Assembly: GCA_964399265.1 (NCBI GenBank)
Contig: CAYNQF010000002.1
Location: forward strand, 3,444 to 67,443
Reading direction: 5' to 3'
From: an uncultured bacterium
GTDB lineage: Bacteria > Joyebacterota > Joyebacteria > Joyebacterales > Joyebacteraceae
DNA length: 64,000 bases
Shown: piece by piece, positions 1 through 8,689 of the stretch
Layout: each line of letters starts with the position of its first letter
How positions within the stretch are numbered: position 1 is the stretch's first letter
The notes under the pieces: model-generated
Told to the model about the DNA's origin: nothing
Seen by the model: only the letters and a program-made list of their open reading frames with translations
Databases searched by the model: none
Position numbers and translations under genes: made by a program

Positions 1-2805
1 GACGACTACGTCCTCTTCTACGGGCTGTCGTTCCACGACCAGTTCGTCATCAATGGCTACGAGAACCGGTACGGCGCAAACAACGTCTACTGGTTCGGTT
101 GGGGCACCGGCCTGGCCGCACGGATGACCAGTCGAACGGCGTGGCTCGACGAGCCCGGACTGACGCCTCCCGCCAGCTTCCGCGACACGTTGCGGTCTGA
201 GAAGGACGTCTATTACGACTCGACGCCCAGCTCGAGCTTCATCGACTACTACAGCTGGACCAGTTACACGGCGTACAACGACCACTACGAGCTGCCGTTC
301 CGGCTCTACGACCTGCTGCCGACCGGCACGGCCGTGCTCACGGCACGATACCAGGGGATGACCGGCGGAACGCACCGCATCGACTTGAGCGTTGAGAACG
401 GCGCCTCGCAGGAGAACTACGTCGGGGCGTTCGTCTTCACCGGCGAAGCGTATACGATGGACAACGACATCTACACGTCGGCTCCGGTCGCGAACTCGTA
501 CTTCACTGAAGGCCTGAACTACCTTATCGCTGTTGGGAGCCTCGGGACGATGGGCTCGGGAGCGAACCTGGACTGGTTCTCGTGGAGCTACGACCGCGAG
601 TACCGGGCTCACGACGACCGCCTGAGCTTCACGAACGCGCTGCAGACGGGGACCCAGGAGTTCGACGTGACAGGGTTCTCCTCAGACGCGCTGATGGCAT
701 TCGACGTCACGCACCCGTTCTCGCCGGTCATGCTCACGCTGCACCAGAACAACATCGAGCAGAACGGAGGGACGTACGACCTCGTGCTCCAGGAGGTGGT
801 CCCCGGCTTTACGCGGTATGAAGCCGCCACCGAGGACGCGTTCCTGAGCCCCGAGGCAGTCGAGCGCCGGGAGCCCGCGAACCTCTACGCGCAGGAGGCC
901 GACCTCATCGTCGTGTCATACGACGGATTCGCGCAGACGGCCGACGCGCTGGTCGAGCGACGCGAGCAACAGGGGTACGCCGTCGCGCACGCCCGCCTCT
1001 CCGAGGTCTACGACGAGTTCGGAGGGGGGCTTCCCGGGCCGCAGCCGCTCAGGAACTACTTCATGTACGCTTACGACGCGTGGGAGCGGCAGCCGCAGTT
1101 CGTGCTCCTTATCGGAGACGCGAGCGAGGACACGAAGCAGGTCCTGTCCACGAGTTCTCCGAATTACATGCCGACCTACCTGTTCCCGGCGTCCGACGAC
1201 AAGTTCGCTGCGAGCGACCAGTGGTACGTGAGGACTGCGGGGTCGCCGTATCTTCCTCTCATGTTCATCGGACGGTTGCCCGCGGGAGGAACCGGACAGC
1301 TGTCGAACTTCATCGACAAGATCGGAACCTACGAGAGCTATTCCTACGGGGACGGCTGGCGCAACAAGGACCTCTTCATCGCCGATGACGCGTGGTCGTA
1401 CATCTCGCTGGAGTCGGACTACACGTTGAAACCGAGCGAGGTCGATTTCACCACCATCAGTCAGGAACTATCTGATGTGGCTGCCGCGTCACCCGCCGGG
1501 ATCGACACCGTGAACTTCTTCCTGCGGCGGTACACGGACCCCTATCACGGAAGCACGACCTCCGGTGACATCTTCTACGCGGTGCAGACGGCCGACTGGG
1601 TACGCAACGACGGCCCGCGGGCCGATCTCATGGGGATGCTCAACAGCGGCGCGGCTCTGGTCAATTTCGAGGGTCACGGCAACCGAACCCAGATGACGCA
1701 CGAGCAGTTGATACTGGCGACCGTGCAGTCCTCGAGCAACGACATCGCCGCGCTCAACAACGAGAACAAGCCCTTCGTCTTCCTCGGCTTCAGCTGCGAG
1801 CTTGCGCGGTTCTATGACTATCGCGAGGGGACCTCTATCGACTGCATCACGGAGCAGATGCTCCAGCGCGACAACGGGCGCGGTGCTTCGGCGACGTTCG
1901 CCTGCAGCGACCGCGCGTTCATCTTCACGAACGTGCGACTCCACAGGAAGATCTACGAGGCGCTCTTCACCGACCCGACGCCCGAGGGCGACGGCATCTA
2001 CCACTGGCCGCGGTGGGCGCTCGGCGGGACCATCGCGAAGGGCGTGATCAAGTATCTGACCGCATCAGGCAATCCAACGGGTCCGCAAACGTACATGCTG
2101 TTCGGCGATCCGCTCATGCACATCGACATGAGCCCGCCCAGGTTCGAGGTGACCGTGGACGGCGTCCCGCATGTGAGCGGCGACTTCCTCGCGTCGTCTC
2201 CGGAGGACGTGACTATCGTCGCTGACATCATCGACGAGGTCGAGATAGACCCGTCGACCATCAGCGTCGAGGAGACCGACACCGGGGTCGTGGATCACTC
2301 CGACTACACGGTCGTGGCCATCGGCGACACCGTGGGTGAGGCCAGCAGATGGTACAGGCTCACCTATACCACGCCGGTCCGGGACTGGAGCTACGACATC
2401 AGGTTGTCGGCGACCGACTTCACGGGGGCGCGCACGAACTTCACGCTGCACGTGGCCGAAGGGCAGCGCATACTCATCCGGGACGTGGCGAACTACCCCA
2501 ATCCGTTCTCCGAAGACACCAACATCATCTACCTGCTCAACCAGGGCGGCGCCGAGGTCAGGATAAGGATCTTCACCGTCGGCGGCCGGCTCATCCGCGT
2601 GATCAGAGACGCGCCCGGCAACCTCAACTACAACCAGGTGTCGTGGGACGGACGCGACGAGCAGGGCGACGAGGTGGCGAGCGGTATCTACCTCTACGTT
2701 ATCGACGTGAAGGGAGAGGACGGCTCGACCGCGACCACGCCGGTGGGACGCATGGCGAGGATCGCGGGAGCGAGGCCGGTCGGGGACGGCGGCGGACGCC
2801 GATGA
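1..2805 (+). CDS. Peptidase C25 (gingipain-like) cysteine protease with C-terminal FlgD-like/T9SS-type sorting domain; 5' end lies outside window (frame 1 is open from base 1)
   Basis: C25-like segments ('QFVLLIGDASEDTK', His in 'FEGHGNRTQM', Cys in 'FLGFSCELARF'); C-terminal 'NYPNPFSEDTNIIY...IFTVGGRLIRVI...SWDGRDEQGDEVASGIYLYVI'; high GC3 in this frame. Confidence 0.7.
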   Translation, partial: DDYVLFYGLSFHDQFVINGYENRYGANNVYWFGWGTGLAARMTSRTAWLDEPGLTPPASFRDTLRSEKDVYYDSTPSSSFIDYYSWTSYTAYNDHYELPFRLYDLLPTGTAVLTARYQGMTGGTHRIDLSVENGASQENYVGAFVFTGEAYTMDNDIYTSAPVANSYFTEGLNYLIAVGSLGTMGSGANLDWFSWSYDREYRAHDDRLSFTNALQTGTQEFDVTGFSSDALMAFDVTHPFSPVMLTLHQNNIEQNGGTYDLVLQEVVPGFTRYEAATEDAFLSPEAVERREPANLYAQEADLIVVSYDGFAQTADALVERREQQGYAVAHARLSEVYDEFGGGLPGPQPLRNYFMYAYDAWERQPQFVLLIGDASEDTKQVLSTSSPNYMPTYLFPASDDKFAASDQWYVRTAGSPYLPLMFIGRLPAGGTGQLSNFIDKIGTYESYSYGDGWRNKDLFIADDAWSYISLESDYTLKPSEVDFTTISQELSDVAAASPAGIDTVNFFLRRYTDPYHGSTTSGDIFYAVQTADWVRNDGPRADLMGMLNSGAALVNFEGHGNRTQMTHEQLILATVQSSSNDIAALNNENKPFVFLGFSCELARFYDYREGTSIDCITEQMLQRDNGRGASATFACSDRAFIFTNVRLHRKIYEALFTDPTPEGDGIYHWPRWALGGTIAKGVIKYLTASGNPTGPQTYMLFGDPLMHIDMSPPRFEVTVDGVPHVSGDFLASSPEDVTIVADIIDEVEIDPSTISVEETDTGVVDHSDYTVVAIGDTVGEASRWYRLTYTTPVRDWSYDIRLSATDFTGARTNFTLHVAEGQRILIRDVANYPNPFSEDTNIIYLLNQGGAEVRIRIFTVGGRLIRVIRDAPGNLNYNQVSWDGRDEQGDEVASGIYLYVIDVKGEDGSTATTPVGRMARIAGARPVGDGGGRR

Positions 2806-3623
2806 TCGAGGTTCTGAATACAGCGGGGATTCCCGTCGAGGACAGATCGGGCAGGGCGGTCGCCCTGCCCGGCGACGCAGATGGTGTAGTGGCCGTCGTG
2901 AACGAGGCGCGCAAGGCGAGAGTGGTCGTGGCACCGTGGTGGACGGACGTCGCGGACGCCGTCTACATCTCAACCGAGCGGCTAACCGACATCACCGAGG
3001 TCGTTCCGCAGGACCTCATGGCCGTCGTCGGCGCAGGCGTGACGTGCAGCTCGCTCGCTGACCGGGTGGAGTGCGACTCGCTCTACTGGCCGGGATGCGA
3101 TGTGTCGGAGCCCGGAGCGGCCGTAGGCGACATAGTCGCGCGGGCTCAGGGCAACTGGACGCTCGCCGGGAACGTGCTCAGGCGCTACCTGCTGGGGATG
3201 GAAGTTGTGCTGGCGGACGGGCGCGTGCTCCACACCGGCTCGCGCACGGTCAAGTGGGTGACCGGGTACGACCTGCGGCAGCTCTTCGTGGGCTCGAGGG
3301 GCACGATGGGCATCATAACGGGGCTCACGCTGCGCCTCGAGCCGCTCGCCAACCGCGCCGTCGTGACCGGAAGGTACGAGCGGGAGTTCGCGGGGCTCGA
3401 GAAGCTGGGCGACGAGCCCTGGCACGCGGCGGAGGCGCTCGATGCGTCGGGCCCGGGCGCGCACGGAGGCATAGCCACTGGGGCCCGTGAGCCGAGCGCT
3501 TCAGCACTCTACGGAGAGACGGCGACCGGCGTCGCCGGGAGTCTGGCGGTCCTGAGGCGGCTCAAGGCGGAACTGGACCCGACCGGCGTGTTCCCGCCGG
3601 CCGAAACCGCATTCGGGGCTTAG
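2802..3623 (+). CDS. FAD-binding (PCMH-type) oxidoreductase, GlcE-like subunit; ATGA overlap with upstream protease stop
   Basis: ATG at 2802 overlaps TGA 2803-2805; 'VVGAGVTCSSL...GSRGTMGIITGLTLRLEPL' FAD-binding fold; upstream part of the 424-aa ORF is entirely inside the protease gene in another frame. Confidence 0.6.
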   Translation: MIEVLNTAGIPVEDRSGRAVALPGDADGVVAVVNEARKARVVVAPWWTDVADAVYISTERLTDITEVVPQDLMAVVGAGVTCSSLADRVECDSLYWPGCDVSEPGAAVGDIVARAQGNWTLAGNVLRRYLLGMEVVLADGRVLHTGSRTVKWVTGYDLRQLFVGSRGTMGIITGLTLRLEPLANRAVVTGRYEREFAGLEKLGDEPWHAAEALDASGPGAHGGIATGAREPSASALYGETATGVAGSLAVLRRLKAELDPTGVFPPAETAFGA

Positions 3624-3702
3624 GACGGGGTCTGATTGACGCCGGCCCCCGGAGCCGTCTGAGCGTGGCAGTACGGGGACTTTCGGTCCTCGAGGAGGAC
3701 GC

Positions 3703-5172
3703 TTGAGCGGAGCGGGCCGAGAGTTGCTCGCCAGAGCCGACCTTGCCGCCAGGTGCCGCAGCTGTGGCACCTGTCGGTCCGTATGCCCCGTGTTCGCCGA
3801 GGTGGGGCTCGAGGGCTCGGTGGCGCGCGGCAAGGTCGCGCTCATTCGTTCCGTCTTGGAGGGCGACCTCGAGCTGTCTGAAGTCTTCGAGGATCGCATC
3901 CTGCTGTGCCTCAACTGCAAGTCGTGCGTCGAGGGCTGTCCCAACAGCGTCAAGGTCGACGACCTCATCCTCGCCGCGCGCGCCGACCTCGTCGGGTCGG
4001 GGCGCCTTCCGTTCATTCGCAGGCTCGTCTTCCGGTATCTGCTCAAGCGCGGGCGGCTGCTCCCGCCCTTCGGCAGGCTGGCCTCGTTCGGCCAGCGGTG
4101 GTTCCTGCGCGGGCTGCCCCAGGACAGCGCCCTGCGCCTGCTTCTCCCGCTCGCCGGAGTGGATGAGAACCGCGTCTTCCCGGAGTTTGCGCCCAGGAGC
4201 TTCATGTCGATGGTCTCGGTGGAGACGGAGGCTGTCGGCTCCGCACCGTCCTCGTCCGAGGGGGGCGCCCGCGGGACGTACGACGCGGGCGTCGCCGGGC
4301 TCGAGCGGGGCGGTCCGGCCGACACGGGCTCGGCCGGAGTGCGAGATGAGAACCCGGAGATCGCGAAGCGCCGGGAGATCGCGCGCGCGGCTAAGCGTGT
4401 GGCCTATTTTGTCGGGTGTGCCACCAACCTGCTCTACCCGGAGACGGGTCGCGCGACCGTCGATGCGCTCGCGCGTAGCGGCGTCGACGTCGTGGTGCCG
4501 CGCGGGCAGACCTGCTGCGGCACGCCCGTGTTCAACTCCGGCGACTTCGAGACGGCACGCGCCATGGCGCGACGGAACATTAGGCTGTTGCGCGCGACCG
4601 GCGCCGACGCGGTGGTGACGGGCTGCGGCTCGTGCGGGTTGACGCTCAAGCGCGAGTACGAGCAGATGCTGGGTCTAGACGGGGGAGTGGGGTTGCCGGT
4701 GTTCGACTTCGCCGAGTTCCTGGCGTACCGGGGATTCGATGCTGGTTCGGCCGAGCTCGCGGCAGACGCCTCAGAGGCCGGTGGTCGTTCGAGGGATCAC
4801 GCTGACGCCGGCGCCGCGCCGCCGAAGGTGCGAGTGACCTACCACGACCCGTGCCACCTGTCGCGAGGGCAGGGGATACGCGACGAGCCGCGCCAGCTGC
4901 TGCGCGCGCTGCCGTGGGTCGAGTTCGTAGAGATGCGCGACGCCGACCGCTGCTGCGGCAGCGGGGGGACGTTCTCGCTGTCGCACTACGACATCTCGAA
5001 GCAGATTGGGGCGCGCAAGGTCGCCGCGATCCGCGACGCCGAGGTGGATGTCGTCGTCACCGAGTGCCCGTCGTGCGTCATGCAGCTGCGGGACATGCTG
5101 ACGCAGGCGGGGCTGGACGTGGCCGTCGTGAGCGTGGCCGACCTGGTAGCGCAGAGGGGACGGCGAGGCTAG
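3703..5172 (+). CDS. Fe-S oxidoreductase with two 4Fe-4S motifs and two CCG (Cys-rich) domains, GlcF/heterodisulfide-reductase-like
   Basis: 'CRSCGTCRSVCP' and 'CLNCKSCVEGCP' ferredoxin motifs; 'TCCGTP' and 'CCGSGGTF' CCG domains; TTG start preceded by GAGGAGG. Confidence 0.7.
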   Translation: MSGAGRELLARADLAARCRSCGTCRSVCPVFAEVGLEGSVARGKVALIRSVLEGDLELSEVFEDRILLCLNCKSCVEGCPNSVKVDDLILAARADLVGSGRLPFIRRLVFRYLLKRGRLLPPFGRLASFGQRWFLRGLPQDSALRLLLPLAGVDENRVFPEFAPRSFMSMVSVETEAVGSAPSSSEGGARGTYDAGVAGLERGGPADTGSAGVRDENPEIAKRREIARAAKRVAYFVGCATNLLYPETGRATVDALARSGVDVVVPRGQTCCGTPVFNSGDFETARAMARRNIRLLRATGADAVVTGCGSCGLTLKREYEQMLGLDGGVGLPVFDFAEFLAYRGFDAGSAELAADASEAGGRSRDHADAGAAPPKVRVTYHDPCHLSRGQGIRDEPRQLLRALPWVEFVEMRDADRCCGSGGTFSLSHYDISKQIGARKVAAIRDAEVDVVVTECPSCVMQLRDMLTQAGLDVAVVSVADLVAQRGRRG

Positions 5173-5314
5173 CGGGGGCGGGTGCCAGAGGGCGCTCCGG
5201 GCGCCCTCGTTTGCGTTTGACAGCGGGCACGCGGGTTGCTAGAATAGCGGTTTGTCGGGCGCGGACATCGGGGAGACGCCTCCCGTGCCGCGCCCTTCTG
5301 AACAATCGTCATAA

Positions 5315-5389
5315 TCCTCGGTAGCTCAATGGTAGAGCAACCGGCTGTTAACCGGTTGGTTGGTGGTTCGAGTCCGCCCCGAGGAGCCA
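5315..5389 (+). tRNA. tRNA-Asn (anticodon GTT), CCA encoded
   Basis: Hand-folded cloverleaf: acceptor tcctcgg/ccgagga, D-stem gctc/gagc, anticodon stem accgg/ccggt with loop cuGUUaa, T-stem ggtgg/ccgcc with loop TTCGAGT, discriminator G then CCA. Confidence 0.9.
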
Positions 5390-5396
5390 AAGACGC

Positions 5397-5426
5397 GGGG
5401 CCTGGCGCACTGCCAGGCCCCGTTTT
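5397..5426. terminator. Intrinsic terminator hairpin (ggggcctggc-gcact-gccaggcccc + GTTTT); bidirectional for tRNA-Asn and the convergent amidohydrolase gene
   Basis: 10-bp GC stem followed by T-run, directly after the tRNA 3' end and 11 nt from the stop of the minus-strand gene. Confidence 0.6.
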
Positions 5427-5436
5427 CAGTTCCGCA

Positions 5437-7650
5437 TCAGCGCAAGAGCACGACCTTCTTCGTCAGCGCTGTGCTCCCGGTGTTCAGACGTATCAGATAG
5501 ACGCCCGAAGCGAGGATGTGGCCCGATCCGTCGAGGCCCCGCCACTCCAGAGTGTGATTGCCGGCCTCGAAGTGGCCGTCGGCCAGAACGCTCACACGTC
5601 GGCCACCGACGGTGAAGAGCTCTACGGAGACCTGTTCGTCGCGTGGCAGTGTGAACGTCACCGTCGCGCGCGGATTGCAGGGATTAGGATGAATCCCCAT
5701 GGTCACCGGCGTCTGGTCGTACTCGGGTACGTCCGCAACGTCGCATTCAGACACCTCGAGACCTCTGAAGCAGCACAACTCCGGCTGCGCCACGTCGTAG
5801 GCCGCCTCCAGCGGGGCCATGACATCGCTGAAGAGCTGATCGGAGTATTCGATCGCGTGAGACTCCACGGCCAGCGCAAGACGCTTGGTCTCCCCGGAGA
5901 TGGTGACGTCCTCCGTCAGGGTGAGGTAGTCGAACTGGTCCATGAGCGCCGGGTCGCCGTATCCGGGTCTGCCGCTCACCACAGTGAGCTTCACATCTAC
6001 GGCGTCAGCCGCGAGCAGCGCGTCGTAAGGCGCGGCGGGATCTCCGGGGATCACCATGAGGTCGGCGCGGAGCCCCGGCACGATCGCTCCGCGGATGTCG
6101 CTCATGCCCAAAGCCTCAGCAGCGTTCACGGTGACCATCTCCGCCAACATCTGGGGAGTCAAGAGACCCGACCACTGGGAGTTGGACCACCCGTGAGCGA
6201 TCTTCATCTCGTCGAGCACGCTGTTGGACCCGCTCTCAGTCCAGTCGGGGCCCAGCGCGACGTTGACACCCGCGGCAAGCGCCCCGGGCACGTCGGCCGT
6301 CGCTCCGTACAGCGTGAGGTTGGATTCGGGTGACCAGATGAGGTGGGCTCCCACTGCCGCCATCGCCGACCACTCGGGCGCTTGGAGCGCCGTGCCGTGG
6401 ATGATGGTGGTGCGGCCATCCAGCATGCCCATGCTCTGCCACTGGGCGAACTCGTTGCGCGCGGTCACATCGATACCCTCAGCCAGGTGAATCACGAAGC
6501 GGCGCCAGTTCTCGGCGGCGCGGGCTTGCCATTGGCTGGCGCTGTCTGACAGGGGAAACGTGCTGTGGTAGATGCGCGGCGGCCAGCGATGAGCGTTGTT
6601 GATGCCGATTCCCTCTCGCGCGTAGGGATCGTCATCGTGGCTGTAGCAGTTGGGGCCCTGGATGGTCGTCGTGCCGTTGCACATGGCCCGGACCTCGGCG
6701 AGCTTGTCGATGTTGAAACGCTGGACCGCGGGCGTCGTGTAGTTGAGGATGTCCTGGTACTGCGCGTTGAAGTCATCGTAGATCGGGTCGCTCTGCCACT
6801 CGGCGCGATTGTCGAAGAGCTGGCCGAAGGGGATGAAGCCGAGCACGTTGTACTGCTGGTGGTTGTGGGCGTCGATGAGGCCGGGGAAGATGAGGCCGTC
6901 GGTTGCGATCGCGGGAATGCCCGGTGGCGGTGAGTCATAGATCCCGACGATGAGGTCGCCCTGCACCTCTACCCAATGATCGATCAGCACGTCGCGAGTG
7001 GCGTTCATGGTGACCACATCGCCGCCAAGGGCGTAGTGCGCAATGAGGTCACCGGCGATATCGGCCGTGAAGCGGGGTTCCAGCTCGAAGACTCCGAAGC
7101 GGTAGAAAAGGGTGCCTGTGATCGACGTGAGTTCATCGCCAACCTTCGGGAAGTAGAGGTAGTCGTTGATATCGTCACAGACCAGGACGCCGTCCACGGT
7201 CCACTCACCGTAGGTGAGCAGGGCGGTCACCGTTACGTCCTCCACGGTGATAAGCACAGACTCGTACTGCTCCTGGTTTGCGGACGCCGTTGAGATGACC
7301 ACCGGAGTCACCGGGCTGTCGTGCGAGAGGATGCTGAAGGCAGTGAGACCCGTGATCTCGGTCATCCCGTTGTATTCCTGCACTCGACCCGTCAGTTCCA
7401 CCTCGTCACCGACGGCCGGCCCGGCCGTGTAGGTGTAGACGAAGACCGCGTGCCAAGGTCCCGCCTCCTCGCACATCACGAAGCCGTCGTAGTGCACCGC
7501 GGTCACGACGCCGCCGGTGCTCACCACCTGCCCGGCGTACGGCGAGTTACCGGAGGGGTCGGTGGTGTACTGGATGTCGTAGATGGTCACTCCTGAAGCC
7601 GCGGCCGAGGTGCAGAAGACAACAGCCAAGACTACGAAGAAGCGTCGCAT
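5437..7650 (-). CDS. Secreted amidohydrolase-family metal-dependent hydrolase with N-terminal OB-like beta-barrel domain and C-terminal FlgD-like sorting domain
   Basis: Start at internal Met 'MRRFFVVLAVVFCTSAAASG' (signal peptide, GGAGGG RBS); 'GLIDAHNHQQY' amidohydrolase HxH motif; C-terminal 'HPNPCNPRATVTF...LFTVGGRRVSVL...GVYLIRL...KKVVLLR'. Confidence 0.7.
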   Translation of the reverse strand: MRRFFVVLAVVFCTSAAASGVTIYDIQYTTDPSGNSPYAGQVVSTGGVVTAVHYDGFVMCEEAGPWHAVFVYTYTAGPAVGDEVELTGRVQEYNGMTEITGLTAFSILSHDSPVTPVVISTASANQEQYESVLITVEDVTVTALLTYGEWTVDGVLVCDDINDYLYFPKVGDELTSITGTLFYRFGVFELEPRFTADIAGDLIAHYALGGDVVTMNATRDVLIDHWVEVQGDLIVGIYDSPPPGIPAIATDGLIFPGLIDAHNHQQYNVLGFIPFGQLFDNRAEWQSDPIYDDFNAQYQDILNYTTPAVQRFNIDKLAEVRAMCNGTTTIQGPNCYSHDDDPYAREGIGINNAHRWPPRIYHSTFPLSDSASQWQARAAENWRRFVIHLAEGIDVTARNEFAQWQSMGMLDGRTTIIHGTALQAPEWSAMAAVGAHLIWSPESNLTLYGATADVPGALAAGVNVALGPDWTESGSNSVLDEMKIAHGWSNSQWSGLLTPQMLAEMVTVNAAEALGMSDIRGAIVPGLRADLMVIPGDPAAPYDALLAADAVDVKLTVVSGRPGYGDPALMDQFDYLTLTEDVTISGETKRLALAVESHAIEYSDQLFSDVMAPLEAAYDVAQPELCCFRGLEVSECDVADVPEYDQTPVTMGIHPNPCNPRATVTFTLPRDEQVSVELFTVGGRRVSVLADGHFEAGNHTLEWRGLDGSGHILASGVYLIRLNTGSTALTKKVVLLR

Positions 7651-7698
7651 ACGTGTCCCTCCGGTTGCATTCGCCACATCGAGTATGTGAGCAATGCT

Positions 7699-7730
7699 AT
7701 TATACCACACTGTGGCTAGAATCGGCTGCC
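7699..7730 (-). promoter_or_regulatory. Candidate sigma70 promoter for the amidohydrolase gene (extended -10 TGgTATAAT on minus strand)
   Basis: Reverse complement of 7699-7707 reads tggTATAAT, about 45 nt upstream of ATG 7650; -35 is weak. Confidence 0.35.
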
Positions 7731-7944
7731 GATGTCGGGAGTGCGATGCTCTGAAGGGGACGGCTCTCGTACGGCCCTCTGGAGCTGATCCAGGTCAGGA
7801 GTGCGGCCCTGATGCCGCGGCCCGCTCTGCCACGAGCGGAACGCTCCACATTCCAGGGACTCCTCTCTAAGGCTCAGTCAGGGCGGCCACTGCGCATTCG
7901 GGACCGTAGTGAGATCGGTTGGCAGCGATTGGGTGGCGCACGCC

Positions 7945-8028
7945 GGAGGGTCGAACACTCGGGTTCGAAACACGTCCACCACGCGGAGCCAGCATACGAA
8001 GGCCCGGTCTGTCGAGACCGGGCCTTCT
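7945..8028 (+). repeat. Intergenic repeat copy A (GGTTCGAAaCaCGTCCACCACGcGGAGCCaGCATAcGAA + hairpin gaaggcccggtc-tgtcgag-gaccgggccttc)
   Basis: Shares a ~45-nt core plus GC hairpin with the copies at 10288, 13187 and 16597. Confidence 0.5.
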
Positions 8029-8055
8029 CACTCCGGATGGGTCCGGCGATTCTGC

Positions 8056-8084
8056 TTGACTTCATTGTGCCTTCTGACTATACT
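8056..8084 (+). promoter_or_regulatory. Near-consensus sigma70 promoter TTGACT-17-TATACT
   Basis: TTGACT 8056-8061, 17-nt spacer, TATACT 8079-8084; conserved in the duplicated module (23318-23346). Confidence 0.6.
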
Positions 8085-8091
8085 GTATGTC

Positions 8092-8170
8092 AGCAGAGGC
8101 GACCACGTTGGTATGGTGACATATCCGGAAGCTCTTAGGAGGGACCTGGCGCGCGAGCCGGTCCCTTTTT
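8092..8170 (+). ncRNA. Candidate ~79-nt small RNA or cspA leader-attenuator transcript (promoter to intrinsic terminator)
   Basis: Bounded by promoter 8056-8084 and terminator 8141-8170; whole unit conserved (about 85-90 % nt) in the second copy at 23354-23432. Confidence 0.4.
8141..8170 (+). terminator. Rho-independent terminator gggacc(t)ggc-gcgcga-gccggtccc + TTTTT
   Basis: 9-bp stem with one bulge followed by five T; loop differs between copies while the stem is conserved. Confidence 0.6.
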
Positions 8171-8356
8171 ACGTTTCAGAGGCGCCATGAGGCGCCCAAG
8201 GATATGCTCCATACCGGCGGTCGGTGATGGCGCCACCTGCAGGGGCGGACAGGCCCCGTCACGAAGAATGTCGGAACGTCGGGCACCCCGGCGCCGGCAA
8301 CACGGTCGCAGGCGAGGAAACGCTTTTCGCCGCGAGAGCAAGAGAGGTAGCAGATA

Positions 8357-8572
8357 GTGAGTACCAACGGAACCGTGAAGTGGTTCAACGACGGCAAGGG
8401 CTTCGGCTTCATCTCCTTGGAGGACGGGTCGAAGGACGTATTCGTTCACCATTCGGCGATTCAGGGCGGAGACGAGTTCAAGACGCTGAACGAGGGCGAT
8501 CGCGTGCAGTTCGATGTCGTGCAGGGCGAGAAGGGCCCGGCGGCCGAGAACGTCACGAAGATCGTGGAGTAG
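8357..8572 (+). CDS. cspA: Cold-shock protein, CspA family (71 aa, GTG start)
   Basis: '[13 protein letters not shown]' RNP1 and 'VFVHHSAI' RNP2-like motifs; AAGAGAGG RBS. Confidence 0.9.
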   Translation: MSTNGTVKWFNDGKGFGFISLEDGSKDVFVHHSAIQGGDEFKTLNEGDRVQFDVVQGEKGPAAENVTKIVE

Positions 8573-8608
8573 TCGGCGACCCCAGGATCGCAGACTGATA
8601 TTGCTGTA

Positions 8609-8652
8609 CGGGGCCGCCTTCTGACTCAATGAGGGCGGCCCCGCTGCTTCTC
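8609..8652 (+). terminator. Hairpin terminator after cspA (cggggccgcc-N15-ggcggccccg + ctgcttctc)
   Basis: 10-bp GC stem then pyrimidine/U-rich tract; counterpart at 23870-23910 in copy 2. Confidence 0.5.
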
Positions 8653-8689
8653 GCACCATCTGGTACGCTGCCACAATCGAGGATCAGCA

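Noticed and set aside
2349-2801. 5' extension of the GlcE-like ORF (start at 2349)
   Set aside because: It lies wholly inside the protease gene in another frame. ATG 2802 overlaps the protease stop in the classic ATGA arrangement.
5315-5440. tRNA-Asn as a possible genomic-island integration site
   Set aside because: No duplicated tRNA 3' fragment and no integrase or mobility genes on either side. The flanks are ordinary metabolic and secreted-enzyme genes.
7790-7830. 'CCAGGTCAGG' resembling the SRP (4.5S) RNA domain IV motif
   Set aside because: The downstream sequence does not continue as the conserved UCCGGAAGGAAGCAGC and no SRP-like helix can be drawn.
8110-8190. Conserved 26-codon sORF (MVTYPEALRRDLAREPVPFYVSEAP versus MVTYPKTLKRDLAQRPVPFCVSGAP) inside the leader/sRNA
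   Set aside because: 7 of 25 residues differ, mostly non-synonymous, while the RNA hairpin stem is exactly preserved. The reading frame is probably incidental to RNA structure. It cannot be fully excluded as a leader peptide.
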